A DNA stretch of 64,000 bases from Candidatus Poribacteria bacterium (lineage in GTDB: Bacteria > Poribacteria > WGA-4E > WGA-3G), in NCBI GenBank assembly GCA_965214095.1, contig OZ243938.1, forward strand, positions 4,832,001-4,896,000, written 5' to 3'. The stretch's first letter is position 1. Every line of letters begins with the position of its first letter. The position numbers and the translations under genes were made by a program. Positions 41,428 to 50,999 of this stretch are shown here, piece after piece. The notes under the pieces were generated by a model, which was not told where the DNA came from, did not search any database, and saw only the letters and a list, made by a program, of their open reading frames with translations.

Positions 41428-43650
41428 TTACTGCAAAATCAACATTTTGCGCAGGAACGACACATTGTCTGCCTGCAGTTGATAGAAATAGATACCACTT
41501 GTCACCTTTTCACCGAACTCGTTTGTGCCATCCCAATGCGCCGCACGTCCACGCGTTTGATATACACCCACCTGTTGATACCCCAAATCAAGTTGGCGGA
41601 CCACAGTGCCACGCGCATCATAGATCGTAATCTGCACGTCACTGGCATTTGCTAAACGATACGGTATCCACGTCTCCGGGTTGAACGGGTTCGGATAGTT
41701 TTGGAACAGTTCGGTACGCTTTATCTGACCGAGTGTGACAAGTTTCTTGCCGCGTGACTCAACGGAAAACGGCTCATCCACATCTGTCTCATCAGCCACA
41801 GACCTGTAATCCCACAACAGCACGGTGCCGTCCCCACTTCCACTTGCAAATGTTCTTTCATCAGGACTGAACGCTACGCTTTCGACCCACCAAGTATGTC
41901 CTCTAAGTATTCTCTTTTCTTCGCCAGTAGTCACATCCCACAGACGGATGGTGTTGTCTAAACTTCCACTTGCAAGTGTCTTTCCATCCGGACTGAACGC
42001 TACGCTTCTGACGTGAACTGTATGTCCATTGAGTATTCCCTTTTCTTCTCCGGTATCAACATCCCACAGACGGATGGTGTTGTCCCAACCTCCACTTGCA
42101 AGCGTTTTTCCATCCGGACTGAAAGCAATGCTCCAGACCACTGTATGTCCATTGAATATTCTCTTTTCTTCACCTGTATCAACATCCCACAGACGGATGG
42201 TGCTGTCATAACTTCCACTTGCGAGTGTCTTTCCATCCGGACTGAACGCTACGCTTGTGACCCCCGTTCTATGTCCTCTGAGTATTTGCTTTTCTTCGCC
42301 GTTAGCAACATCCCACAGACGGATCGTGCTGTCCCGACTTCCACTTGCGAGTGTCTTTCCATCCGGACTGAACGCTATGCTTGTAATCCTCGTTCTATGT
42401 CCTCTGAGTATTTGCTTTTCTTCGCCGTTAGCAACATCCCACAGACGGATCGTGCTGTCATAACTTCCACTTGCGAGCATCTTCCCATCCGGACTGAACG
42501 TTACACTTGTGACCCCCATTGTATGTCCTCTGAGTATTTGCTTTTCTTCGCCGTTAGCAACATCCCATAGACGGATAGTACTGTCCTCATTTCCACTTGC
42601 GAGGATTCTTCCATCCGGACTGAACGCTACGCTTCTGAGATACCTTGTATGTCCTTTGGATATTCTTTTTTCTTCGCCTGTATCAACATTCCACAGACTG
42701 ATGGTGTTGCCCCTGCTTCCACTTACAAGTGTTTTTCCATCCGGACTGAACGTTACACTTATGACAAATGCTATATCTCCTTTGAGCATTCTTTTTTCTT
42801 CGCCTGTATCAACATCCCACAGACGAATGGTGTTGTCCCAACCTCCACTTGCAAGCGTTTTCCCATCCGGACTGAACGCTATGCTTTCGACCCACCCTAT
42901 ATGTCCTCTAAGTATTCCCTTTTCTTCTCCGGTATCAACATCCCACAGACGGATGGTGCTGTCCCTGCTTCCACTTGCGAGCGTTTTTCCATCCGGATTG
43001 AACGCTACGCTATAGACAAACCCTGTATGTCCTTTGAGTATTCTCTTTTCTTCGCCGTTAGCAACATCCCACAGACGGATGGTGCTGTCTAAACTTCCAC
43101 TTGTGAGCGTTTTTCCACCCGGACTGAACGCTACGCTTGTGACGAGCGCTGTATGTCCTTTAAGTATTCTCTTTTCTTCGCCGTTAGCAACATCCCACAG
43201 ACGGATCGTGTCGTCCCCACTTCCACTTGCGATTGTTTTTCCATCCGGACTGAACGCTATGCTTTCGACCCACCCTGTATGTCCTTTAAGTATTCTCTTT
43301 TCTTCTCCGGTATCAACATCCCACAGACGGATGGTGCTGTCATAACTTCCACTTGCAAGTGTATTCCCATCTGGACTGAACGCTACGCTATAGACAAACC
43401 CTGTATGTCCAGTATATAGGTCCAGTTCTTCACCTGTCTGTGCATCATATATCCAAACACCTATGCTACTCGCCACTGCCAGTTTAGGGCTGTCTGGGGA
43501 ATATGTAATTTCACGGTTACTTCCTTTCCCAAACCGCACTTTCGCGCCTTCGGGTAACTCCCAACGTGTGTGGTCTTGAGCGAAGGTGTTTAATATAAAG
43601 GCAAATATCGTCAAAAGAACAGTTAGAATGAAATATAGTTTGTTTTTCAT
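41428..43650 (-). CDS. Secreted WD40 protein with 13 highly similar repeats and FlgD-Ig/T9SS-like C-terminal domain
   Basis: Start MKNKLY with signal peptide; 13 GH/GD...SVAFSPDGKTLASGS.D.TIRLWDV units of about 126 bp; then FSVESRGKKLVTLGQIK and QNYPNPFNPETWIPY. Confidence 0.92.
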   Translation of the reverse strand: MKNKLYFILTVLLTIFAFILNTFAQDHTRWELPEGAKVRFGKGSNREITYSPDSPKLAVASSIGVWIYDAQTGEELDLYTGHTGFVYSVAFSPDGNTLASGSYDSTIRLWDVDTGEEKRILKGHTGWVESIAFSPDGKTIASGSGDDTIRLWDVANGEEKRILKGHTALVTSVAFSPGGKTLTSGSLDSTIRLWDVANGEEKRILKGHTGFVYSVAFNPDGKTLASGSRDSTIRLWDVDTGEEKGILRGHIGWVESIAFSPDGKTLASGGWDNTIRLWDVDTGEEKRMLKGDIAFVISVTFSPDGKTLVSGSRGNTISLWNVDTGEEKRISKGHTRYLRSVAFSPDGRILASGNEDSTIRLWDVANGEEKQILRGHTMGVTSVTFSPDGKMLASGSYDSTIRLWDVANGEEKQILRGHRTRITSIAFSPDGKTLASGSRDSTIRLWDVANGEEKQILRGHRTGVTSVAFSPDGKTLASGSYDSTIRLWDVDTGEEKRIFNGHTVVWSIAFSPDGKTLASGGWDNTIRLWDVDTGEEKGILNGHTVHVRSVAFSPDGKTLASGSLDNTIRLWDVTTGEEKRILRGHTWWVESVAFSPDERTFASGSGDGTVLLWDYRSVADETDVDEPFSVESRGKKLVTLGQIKRTELFQNYPNPFNPETWIPYRLANASDVQITIYDARGTVVRQLDLGYQQVGVYQTRGRAAHWDGTNEFGEKVTSGIYFYQLQADNVSFLRKMLILQ

Positions 43651-43842
43651 GAGAAAGTTTCCCCCAATTTTGTCATTAACAGGACTTACGCAATAATGTT
43701 TGACATAGGCTCGCCAAAACACTAATATGGTGTGCAAGGAAGTAGATAAAATGAGGAATGTGTATAAATAATTTAATTCAGATTTTCGTTCCAATAAGTA
43801 ACCATCGTCAGGTATACTCCTCATGGTGAACCGTGATTCTCT

Positions 43843-44850
43843 TTATTCCGTCATACGTTCAGCTTGTTTCAACCGCCCCCAAAGGGTTGTCTGGGTGTCC
43901 ACAGTCGGAGAAACGGAGAAAAAACTTCCGGGGACCCAGGCGGGAGAAGAATTTCGCACAGGATCTTGTGTGATTTGCCGTGGCTCGCCCCCTTTGACAG
44001 AAACGATAAAAATATGTCGCACCGCATTCGGGTTATCCGGAGGATTCGCAATTTCTGCATCGTAGGCATCGTAGGCAATCCACTTACCATCACGGGACCA
44101 CGCAGGATTGTCACTCCAAAACCCAAGACGTGAAATGCGGCGGGCGTTTTGTCCATCTGTATCCATGATGTAGATATCATTCCCATCCCCATCATTACCG
44201 ACACAAGCAATCTGTTTTCCATCAGGTGACCAAGCAGGATTTAAACAAGGTCCGACTCCATGTAGCAGCTTTATAATCTGTCGGGGATGTTTTCCATCTG
44301 CGTCCATCACATAGATACCGCTACCGACACCGCCAGAACCGAAAGCAATTGATTGCCCATCTGGAAACCAGGCTGGGGTAAGGTTGAATTTTCCTTGGTT
44401 AGTCAGTCTCTGTAGATTATTGCCGTTGATATCTATTTTGTAGATATGATATTCCCCTGTTCTCTCGGCTACAAAAGCGATCCAATCTCCATCAGGTGAC
44501 CAGGCAGGAGAAAAAGCTGACCATACAGGATCAAAATCGTTTTCTGGACGTGTTGTCAACCGACGCGCCTGAGCTTCATTGAATTTCTGAATATAGATAT
44601 CAAAATTTCCATCACGGTTCGACGCAAAAGCAAAAGAACGCCCATCTGGTGCCCACGTTGCACCAGTGTCGTCTGCGGGGTGGTTTGTTAGGTTGCGTAG
44701 ATTCTCACCGTTTGTATCAACAATGTAGATGTCAGTTTGCCCTGTACGGTTAGAATGGAAAGAAATATACTGAGCTCCCCAAGTGTTTACGGTAAGCAGA
44801 AACAAACTGAGCAGTAATGTCATTCCAAACAACATATAGGTGCGTTTCAT
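43843..44850 (-). CDS. Secreted TolB-like (PD40) beta-propeller protein, copy 1
   Basis: Repeated PAWSPDG..IAF.S.R.G..DIY.MD.DG units; tail FSVSPTVDTQTTLWGRLKQ. Confidence 0.88.
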   Translation of the reverse strand: MKRTYMLFGMTLLLSLFLLTVNTWGAQYISFHSNRTGQTDIYIVDTNGENLRNLTNHPADDTGATWAPDGRSFAFASNRDGNFDIYIQKFNEAQARRLTTRPENDFDPVWSAFSPAWSPDGDWIAFVAERTGEYHIYKIDINGNNLQRLTNQGKFNLTPAWFPDGQSIAFGSGGVGSGIYVMDADGKHPRQIIKLLHGVGPCLNPAWSPDGKQIACVGNDGDGNDIYIMDTDGQNARRISRLGFWSDNPAWSRDGKWIAYDAYDAEIANPPDNPNAVRHIFIVSVKGGEPRQITQDPVRNSSPAWVPGSFFSVSPTVDTQTTLWGRLKQAERMTE

Positions 44851-44879
44851 TTTTAATCTCCTGGAAGATCACTTAGGCT

Positions 44880-45077
44880 ATTGTAGCAGTTTGGACGATT
44901 TGTGACGACCTTTTAAAATTTATCGGTCATCGCACACACCCACAAGCACAGTTGTCAGATGCTGAAGTGATGACGACAGCGATTATCGCAGCACACTATT
45001 ATGGAGGCAATCATCAAACCCTTTCAGTCCATTGAAAGCATTCGGATTTATCCGAATGTGTTAGGACACTCACGATA
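44880..45077 (+). pseudogene. IS982-family transposase N-terminal remnant
   Basis: Hand translation gives IVAVWTICDDLLKFIGHRTHPQAQLSDAEVMTTAIIAAHYYGGNHQ*, then a frameshifted YPNVLGHSR. This matches from memory the CDDLL...SDAEV.T.A..AA..(F/Y)GGN pattern of IS982-like transposases. Confidence 0.7.
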
Positions 45078-45196
45078 TAATACCAATTCTATTAATGAAT
45101 TTCCCTTTTGAATTAGAATGTAAGAGGCGCAATGAATTGCGCGACTACGAACCATCTATCTTTTAAAGGTTATGTTATTTTTTAGAAATGGTATTA
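45078..45196. mobile_element. Family C MITE-like element with 14-bp TIRs and an internal GTAG-REP
   Basis: TIRs taataccaattcta / tagaaatggtatta (1 mismatch); internal gcgcaatgaattgcgcgactac. Confidence 0.7.
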
Positions 45197-45448
45197 GTTC
45201 ATTGTGCAGACGGTTGTTCCCGTCGGAGGCTCTATGTTAAAGCAAGATGAGGGCATGTGTTCATTAATTCTAACGTTGGAATAACGCATCGTTTGAATTC
45301 GGATAACCGTTTCCTGCCCCGCTGGATCAATAAAGATTGTCGTGGACTGTCCGGATTCAGAGAACCAGAAGTCAGAAGCAACCTCTTGGAAGTTGAAATC
45401 TTTTATAACACGTATCTGCAATTCTCCGTCTATCGGATTAGAATACAT
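45194..45448 (-). pseudogene. Possible C-terminal fragment of a LolA-like protein
   Basis: Ends in YSNVRINEHMPSSCFNIEPPTGTTV, resembling the N......F.F.PP.G..V tail of LolA-fold proteins. No signal peptide. Confidence 0.35.
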
Positions 45449-45494
45449 AAAACGTTCAGAGCGATAGTTTTTCTTGTGAGTTATCAGGTCAGAA

Positions 45495-46181
45495 TTACCG
45501 GATATTCTTGATTTGTGCCCATTGCCTTGTTAATTTACCAGCGGGTTCAATTGGGAAATAAATGGCATCAATTTTGGCTAATTCATAGTCGCCCCCTACG
45601 CCGAAGTGCATACCCCATCCACCACCACGTTCACTGACCTTTATCATGATCAAATTATTTCCTTTTATTAGATCAACCTTTAAATCATCTTGGAAGGTGT
45701 CTTCATTGCCGAGATTCCGGTTCTCCGCGTGGGTATGAACAACTTCGCCATTAACCCAAACCTTAACTGAGTCATCACTACTGACACCCATCGCTACGTT
45801 TTTTTGCGCTCTTTTCGTTTTGAGGACAATTAGCGCATAAGATGTTATATGATCTAACTCACCAGCCTCAAAACCTATCTCATTAACGAGATCATTAATA
45901 TTTCCGTTATCGGTAAGTGTGCCAGATGTCCACTCATAATTACCAACTTTCTTGCCTTCTCTTGCACCGTTTTTGGCGATTTTATCTTCCGTGACTCTGC
46001 CGTTGCTGGCTTCAACAAGTGAATCAAAATGGGTAGAATTTGCACCACCTTGTCCACCTACAGTTTTAGCAATCATCCAGAGATACGGACCAAGAATTTT
46101 TTCTTGAGCATCAGCAGTCAGCGTCATCACCGTAAGACTTATAAGAAAAGCCAATCCTATTATACACAATTTTCTGAACAT
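45495..46181 (-). CDS. Secreted PA14-like protein with C-terminal 'IEPAGKLTRQWAQIK' motif
   Basis: GGAGG RBS before MFRKL; signal ending ADA-QE; MGVSSDDSVKVWVNG...LIKGNNLIMIKV. Confidence 0.75.
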   Translation of the reverse strand: MFRKLCIIGLAFLISLTVMTLTADAQEKILGPYLWMIAKTVGGQGGANSTHFDSLVEASNGRVTEDKIAKNGAREGKKVGNYEWTSGTLTDNGNINDLVNEIGFEAGELDHITSYALIVLKTKRAQKNVAMGVSSDDSVKVWVNGEVVHTHAENRNLGNEDTFQDDLKVDLIKGNNLIMIKVSERGGGWGMHFGVGGDYELAKIDAIYFPIEPAGKLTRQWAQIKNIR

Positions 46182-46410
46182 TATATATAACCTCCTAAAA
46201 TCAATACCTTCGCCAACTTTTTGAGTTGATTCGAATGGATAGTTAATAAATTCACCTATAGGTGTCAATTTACGGATTTATTTCAAGTTTTACACAATTT
46301 AGCAAACCTAACACCCAACGCAGCTGGACGCAAGCGAAACCCAACTTACGAAATAATGCAATATAATCACTTAGAAATGGTATTTTCCTCATGGTGAACC
46401 TTAATTCTCT

Positions 46411-47421
46411 TTATTGCGTCATACGTTCAGCTTGTTTGAACCGACCCCAAAGGGTTGCCTGGGTGTCCACAGTCGGAGAAACGGAGAAAAAACTTCCGGG
46501 GACCCAGGCTGGAGAATCATCCTGACTAGGATGCTGTGTAATTTGCCGTGGCTCGCCCCCCTCAACAGAAACGATAAAAATGTGTCGCTCCCTATTCGGG
46601 TTTTCCGGAGGATTCACAATTTCTGCATCGTCGGCCTGGTAGGCAATCCACTTACCATCAGGAGACCACGCAGGCTGGATGCTCCAAGTCCCAAGAGGTG
46701 ACACGCGGCGGGCGTTTTGTCCATCTGTATCCATGATGTAGATATCCTGCCCATTATTAACGAGAACACAAGCAATCTGTTTTCCATCAGGCGACCAAGC
46801 AGGATCGAAAATAAAAGCGATTATATTTACCTGGATTTTAATCTGTCTAGAATTTTTTCCATCTGCGTCCATCACATAGATACCGCTCCCAATAACACCG
46901 AAAGCAATTGATTTTCCATCTGGAGACCAGGTTGGGTTACGGATGTGTTTCCCTAGGTTAGTCAGTCTCTGTAGATTTTTGCCGTTGATATCAATTTTGT
47001 AGATATGAGATTCCTCTGTTCTCCCTGCTACAAAAGCGATCCAATTTCCATCAGGTGACCAGGCAGGAGAAAAAGCTGCCCAGACAGGATCAAAATCGTC
47101 CTCCGGATCGTCCTCCGGACGGTGTGTCAACCGACGTGCCTGAGCTTCATTGAATTTCTGAATATAGATATCAAAATTTCCATCACGGTTCGATGCAAAA
47201 GCAAAAGAACGCCCATCTGGTGCCCACGTAGCATCATTGTCCTCTGCGGGGTGGTTTGTTAGGTTGCGTAGATTCTCACCGTTTGTATCAACAATGTAGA
47301 TGTCAGTTTGCCCTGTACGGTTAGAATGGAAAGAAATATACTGAGCTCCCCAAGTGTTTACGGTAAGCAGAAACAAACTGAGCAGTAATGTCATTCCAAA
47401 CAACATATAGGTGCGTTTCAT
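46411..47421 (-). CDS. Secreted TolB-like (PD40) beta-propeller protein, copy 2
   Basis: Near-identical N- and C-termini to 43843-44850, with a diverged middle. Confidence 0.88.
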   Translation of the reverse strand: MKRTYMLFGMTLLLSLFLLTVNTWGAQYISFHSNRTGQTDIYIVDTNGENLRNLTNHPAEDNDATWAPDGRSFAFASNRDGNFDIYIQKFNEAQARRLTHRPEDDPEDDFDPVWAAFSPAWSPDGNWIAFVAGRTEESHIYKIDINGKNLQRLTNLGKHIRNPTWSPDGKSIAFGVIGSGIYVMDADGKNSRQIKIQVNIIAFIFDPAWSPDGKQIACVLVNNGQDIYIMDTDGQNARRVSPLGTWSIQPAWSPDGKWIAYQADDAEIVNPPENPNRERHIFIVSVEGGEPRQITQHPSQDDSPAWVPGSFFSVSPTVDTQATLWGRFKQAERMTQ

Positions 47422-47450
47422 TTTGTACCTCCTGGAAAATCACTTAGGCT

Positions 47451-47527
47451 GGATGCATGAAGTTAATTATAAATCCTTATGGACTTAAAAGTTTTGTGGT
47501 ATAAAACGTCTATCGGATTAAGTAGCA
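47451..47527. mobile_element. 77-bp insertion flanked by a 9-bp direct repeat
   Basis: acttaggct lies at 47442-47450 and 47528-47536. The paralogous upstream region (44871-44879) has a single copy and no insert. Confidence 0.55.
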
Positions 47528-47589
47528 ACTTAGGCTATTGTAGCAGTTTGGACGATTTGTGACGACCTTTGAATGTTCACTATGATTGG

Positions 47590-50500
47590 TTACTGATCCG
47601 TTGAATCGTCAAGTAAAAAACGTAACACACCCCGTTCTCTTGTTCCTACATAAAGCGTATTCCCATCAACATCAAGACATGTAATAGTATATGCGATATA
47701 ATGCGGAATTTTCGGAGTAATTTGTTCCCACATAGTCATACCACTTTTCACTTGAAATATTCTTCTCTTTGCTTCCCCGTAAACCGTTGTCCCTTCCGCA
47801 GCAAACATATTAATAATAAGCGGTTTTCCTTTTGCACCGGTGAGTGTGTACCAATCAGTTCCATTAGTTGACATCACAACACCTTTATCGGTTGCAACAT
47901 AGACAAAGTCACCTGCAAAAGTTATTGCTTTGTAATGATCTACAGGATATGGAAGGTTTCCTGTAACATCACTCCATGTCATGCCTTCATCAAGAGATTG
48001 CATCAGTTGACCTTCTTTTTCTCCAACGTAAATTGTGTTTCCAGACACAGCAAATCTAAATCCAACGGCATCTATATATGGATTATTTGCATAGCAAAAA
48101 GTCCTATCTTCACTAACCCCTTTATCTAATAACCCCGTATTGATCCATTCGGTATTACCCGGTTTCCATCTAAAGAGTTGATAGTTGTATTCAACATAAT
48201 ATGTCCCATTGATAACAGCAAGACCACCAAGCTGCGATTCAGAGAACGAACCGTCCCCATGCGGCACATTTCGTGCCATAAAACCGGTAGGACGATTTAA
48301 TTGAAGGTTTTCCTTCCGCCGATCAATTTTGTCTAAAATTGGCATTTCAGACACTTTGATGAGACTATTGTCTTGAGTGGAAAGACGGAAAAAACAAGGT
48401 GCACCTAATTTATCGTCTCTCACGAAAATTTCTCCATTGGATTCCATAATACGTGTGATAAAACCTGTATCACCATTAACAAGTGTCCAAGATTCGCCTT
48501 TGTCAGTTGAATGGACAAATCCATTTGCCGAATTGGCGTAAAGAGTGCCGTTGACAGCAATCAATTGCCAAACTTCTGTATTTACGAGTCCGGTATTGAA
48601 TTGATCCCACGATTTACCACCATCTGTTGTGCGATGTATCCCGTAGTTTCCGCTTCTGTAGTAGGTGTCCTCATTTACCGTAACTATTGCAAAAGCATTT
48701 CCTAGATCCACTGTGTCTTCGGTTTTCCATGTTTTACCAGAATCTGACGAATAGTAATGTTTCTTTTGATCTACAAGCATTAACTTATTTTCTGTTACGG
48801 TAATTTTTAATGGACTGTATCCTGTTGACTTATGTGGTGATTTAGTATCTTCTTTCTTAATGTCTTTTTTGCCCTTTGAAGTCCCATTCAATAAATTGAT
48901 TGTTGATAGTTCCTCTTTATCTGTATTATCTTTTCTCGGCGTAATATTCCTCCATGTTTTTCCATGATCAGTTGATTGGAACAGTGCCCATGACAAATCT
49001 GTTGCTGCTTGTGCACGAAAGATTTCACGTCGTAAGGACCAAGGAGTCTCCCGTAGTTCTACATAGGAATCACGAGTGATTGCATGTATGGGTTTTCCAC
49101 CTCTACCTAGAAACACTCGAAAACTATTATCAATATGATAACTTCTGGCAACATAGAGAAAGTTGTCTTTCACTTCCATAGATATTATAGGCAAATATGT
49201 ACTTTTTTCACCTATTTCATCAAGGAATATCTGTTCCCATGTGTTTCCATTCAGACGATAGAGTCCTTTATTGGTACCGACATAGACAGTGTTATCTATA
49301 ACAGCAATTGCACGAGGTTGAACGCTTGGGTATTTATTATCAAATGGTGTCAACCGAACCCATGATGCACCATTATCCTCTGAACGGTATACACCGTTAT
49401 CACCAGAATAGGTAACTTCATCAACAAGACACAGATAGAATGCTTGATCCAGAATCGTCATATCGATAAGTCCACCTCCAGGATGCTCAGAGAATGTTTT
49501 CCATGTTTTCCCTCTATCCGTTGATCTCAGGATTTTTTTGTCTGTGGCAAGATACAGTATACCGTCTTTTTCAACCATTGGTCCGGATCGCATGCCGCTC
49601 AATTGTTCTTTATCTGAGAATATATCACGTGAGTAGATAAGATTCCACGCTGCAGCGTCATCTGTGAGTTTATAGATTCCGCGTGGTGTACCTGCAAATA
49701 CATCTTCATCAACTGTTGCATAGAGATTGACGACTCTTCCCCCTACAGGTCCATTTGTTTCGTTCCATTCTCCTTTCTTATCTGAAATACCTTCTTTCTC
49801 TTGTGATGCAGCAAATTGAGATGTCCCCGGTTCCTGTCCTGTGCCATCATTGTTACTAAGTTCATCAGAACGACCAACCTGATTACTAATTGCTGGTTTA
49901 GCAGGGGATTCCAAGACTAATCGTGCGTCAACGATTTCAATCGTTGGTTCGGATTGTGCAGTCAAACTAAAAGGCTTCTGAAACCGACTTGGGTTTTGTG
50001 TTCCAAAGCCTATTAGTAAAACAACTAAAATGGCTGAGACAGCAGATATTGCTAACGGTATGAAGGGTTTGTTAGCAGTTGGTGCCGCTGGCATAAGTCG
50101 TGACACCTTTTCCATGATGTGTTCTGTCATTTGGGTTGGTAGTTGGAAACTGCCCAAGTTTTCTTCAATTATTGCTTCCTCCTTCTTTAGTCGGTTGCGT
50201 GCGCGATGAAGTTTACTCCGAACCGTGTTCGGAGACATACCCAAAAACTTACCAATCTCTTCACATGGCATTTCTGCGATGTAATATAAATTTACTACTG
50301 TGCGGTCACTCTCTTGCAGTGTACTGAGTAATTTCTGAACTATGCCACGTCGTTTTTGATTTGCTGCTTCTTCGCGTTGATGTGTCATATATTCTGAATA
50401 ATACACCTCCTCTAATTCAACAGGATCAGTTTCTTCTAATGATTGGAATTCTAACCTGCTCTTTCTGAACCAATTCTTGCACTTGTTATCTGCAATGACA

Positions 50501-50721
50501 TATAACCATCCCGAAAGGCGGTTATGGCGTTTGAGTGTAGAAAGTTTGTGATACGCAGTGAGGAACACATCTTGTGTGATTTCCTGAGCAATATGGAAAT
50601 CACCGATTTTCTGCCACACCAATGCGTGTATCTGTTTTTGGTACTTTTCGACAAGTTCAGAAAACGCTTGCTGATCACCAGTTATGGTTTTTTGAATCAG
50701 ATCAGAATCTGAGTTATTCAT
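47590..50721 (-). CDS. Membrane-tethered ECF sigma factor with extracytoplasmic BNR/Asp-box beta-propeller (ECF-3)
   Basis: Same sigma2/sigma4/TM layout; RSTDRGKTW, RSEDNGASW and QSLDEGMTW Asp-boxes; GAGGTG RBS before MNNSD. Confidence 0.9.
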   Translation of the reverse strand: MNNSDSDLIQKTITGDQQAFSELVEKYQKQIHALVWQKIGDFHIAQEITQDVFLTAYHKLSTLKRHNRLSGWLYVIADNKCKNWFRKSRLEFQSLEETDPVELEEVYYSEYMTHQREEAANQKRRGIVQKLLSTLQESDRTVVNLYYIAEMPCEEIGKFLGMSPNTVRSKLHRARNRLKKEEAIIEENLGSFQLPTQMTEHIMEKVSRLMPAAPTANKPFIPLAISAVSAILVVLLIGFGTQNPSRFQKPFSLTAQSEPTIEIVDARLVLESPAKPAISNQVGRSDELSNNDGTGQEPGTSQFAASQEKEGISDKKGEWNETNGPVGGRVVNLYATVDEDVFAGTPRGIYKLTDDAAAWNLIYSRDIFSDKEQLSGMRSGPMVEKDGILYLATDKKILRSTDRGKTWKTFSEHPGGGLIDMTILDQAFYLCLVDEVTYSGDNGVYRSEDNGASWVRLTPFDNKYPSVQPRAIAVIDNTVYVGTNKGLYRLNGNTWEQIFLDEIGEKSTYLPIISMEVKDNFLYVARSYHIDNSFRVFLGRGGKPIHAITRDSYVELRETPWSLRREIFRAQAATDLSWALFQSTDHGKTWRNITPRKDNTDKEELSTINLLNGTSKGKKDIKKEDTKSPHKSTGYSPLKITVTENKLMLVDQKKHYYSSDSGKTWKTEDTVDLGNAFAIVTVNEDTYYRSGNYGIHRTTDGGKSWDQFNTGLVNTEVWQLIAVNGTLYANSANGFVHSTDKGESWTLVNGDTGFITRIMESNGEIFVRDDKLGAPCFFRLSTQDNSLIKVSEMPILDKIDRRKENLQLNRPTGFMARNVPHGDGSFSESQLGGLAVINGTYYVEYNYQLFRWKPGNTEWINTGLLDKGVSEDRTFCYANNPYIDAVGFRFAVSGNTIYVGEKEGQLMQSLDEGMTWSDVTGNLPYPVDHYKAITFAGDFVYVATDKGVVMSTNGTDWYTLTGAKGKPLIINMFAAEGTTVYGEAKRRIFQVKSGMTMWEQITPKIPHYIAYTITCLDVDGNTLYVGTRERGVLRFLLDDSTDQ

Positions 50722-50740
50722 TGCACACCTCAAATGCATT

Positions 50741-50843
50741 TATGGTTAAATTTGAAAATAATTATACACTTCCATACCCCGGTAGGTGCGATTTCCTAAT
50801 CGCACCGTTGTAGACTGTATAAATAATTCCATAATCTACCATA
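50741..50843 (+). mobile_element. Diverged family B-type MITE (103 bp) inserted between the ECF-3 promoter and its RBS
   Basis: Ends tatggt...accata; internal REP ggtaggtgcgatttcctaatcgcacc; same length as family B. Confidence 0.75.
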
Positions 50844-50856
50844 GTCTTTTAATATA

Positions 50857-50885
50857 TAGACACCTTTTTGAGGATGAAAATTGCA
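50857..50885 (-). promoter_or_regulatory. Putative ECF-dependent promoter of ECF-3
   Basis: TGCAAT-N17-TGTCTA, displaced about 100 nt from the gene by the MITE. Confidence 0.68.
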
Positions 50886-50999
50886 CTTTTTGGTAAAATC
50901 TTATTTTTTTTGAGGAAAAATGTTAGGTAGGCATCAGAATGAACAAATTGGAGTTTTGTTAGAAGAGATAATATGTATGTGCTACATGAAAACAATACC

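Noticed and set aside
41825-43419. Multiple plus-strand repetitive ORFs
   Set aside because: They are antisense or off-frame shadows of the repetitive WD40 gene.
43843-47421. Tol-Pal system (tolB)
   Set aside because: No TolB N-terminal domain and no tolQRA or pal genes nearby; only PD40-type repeats.
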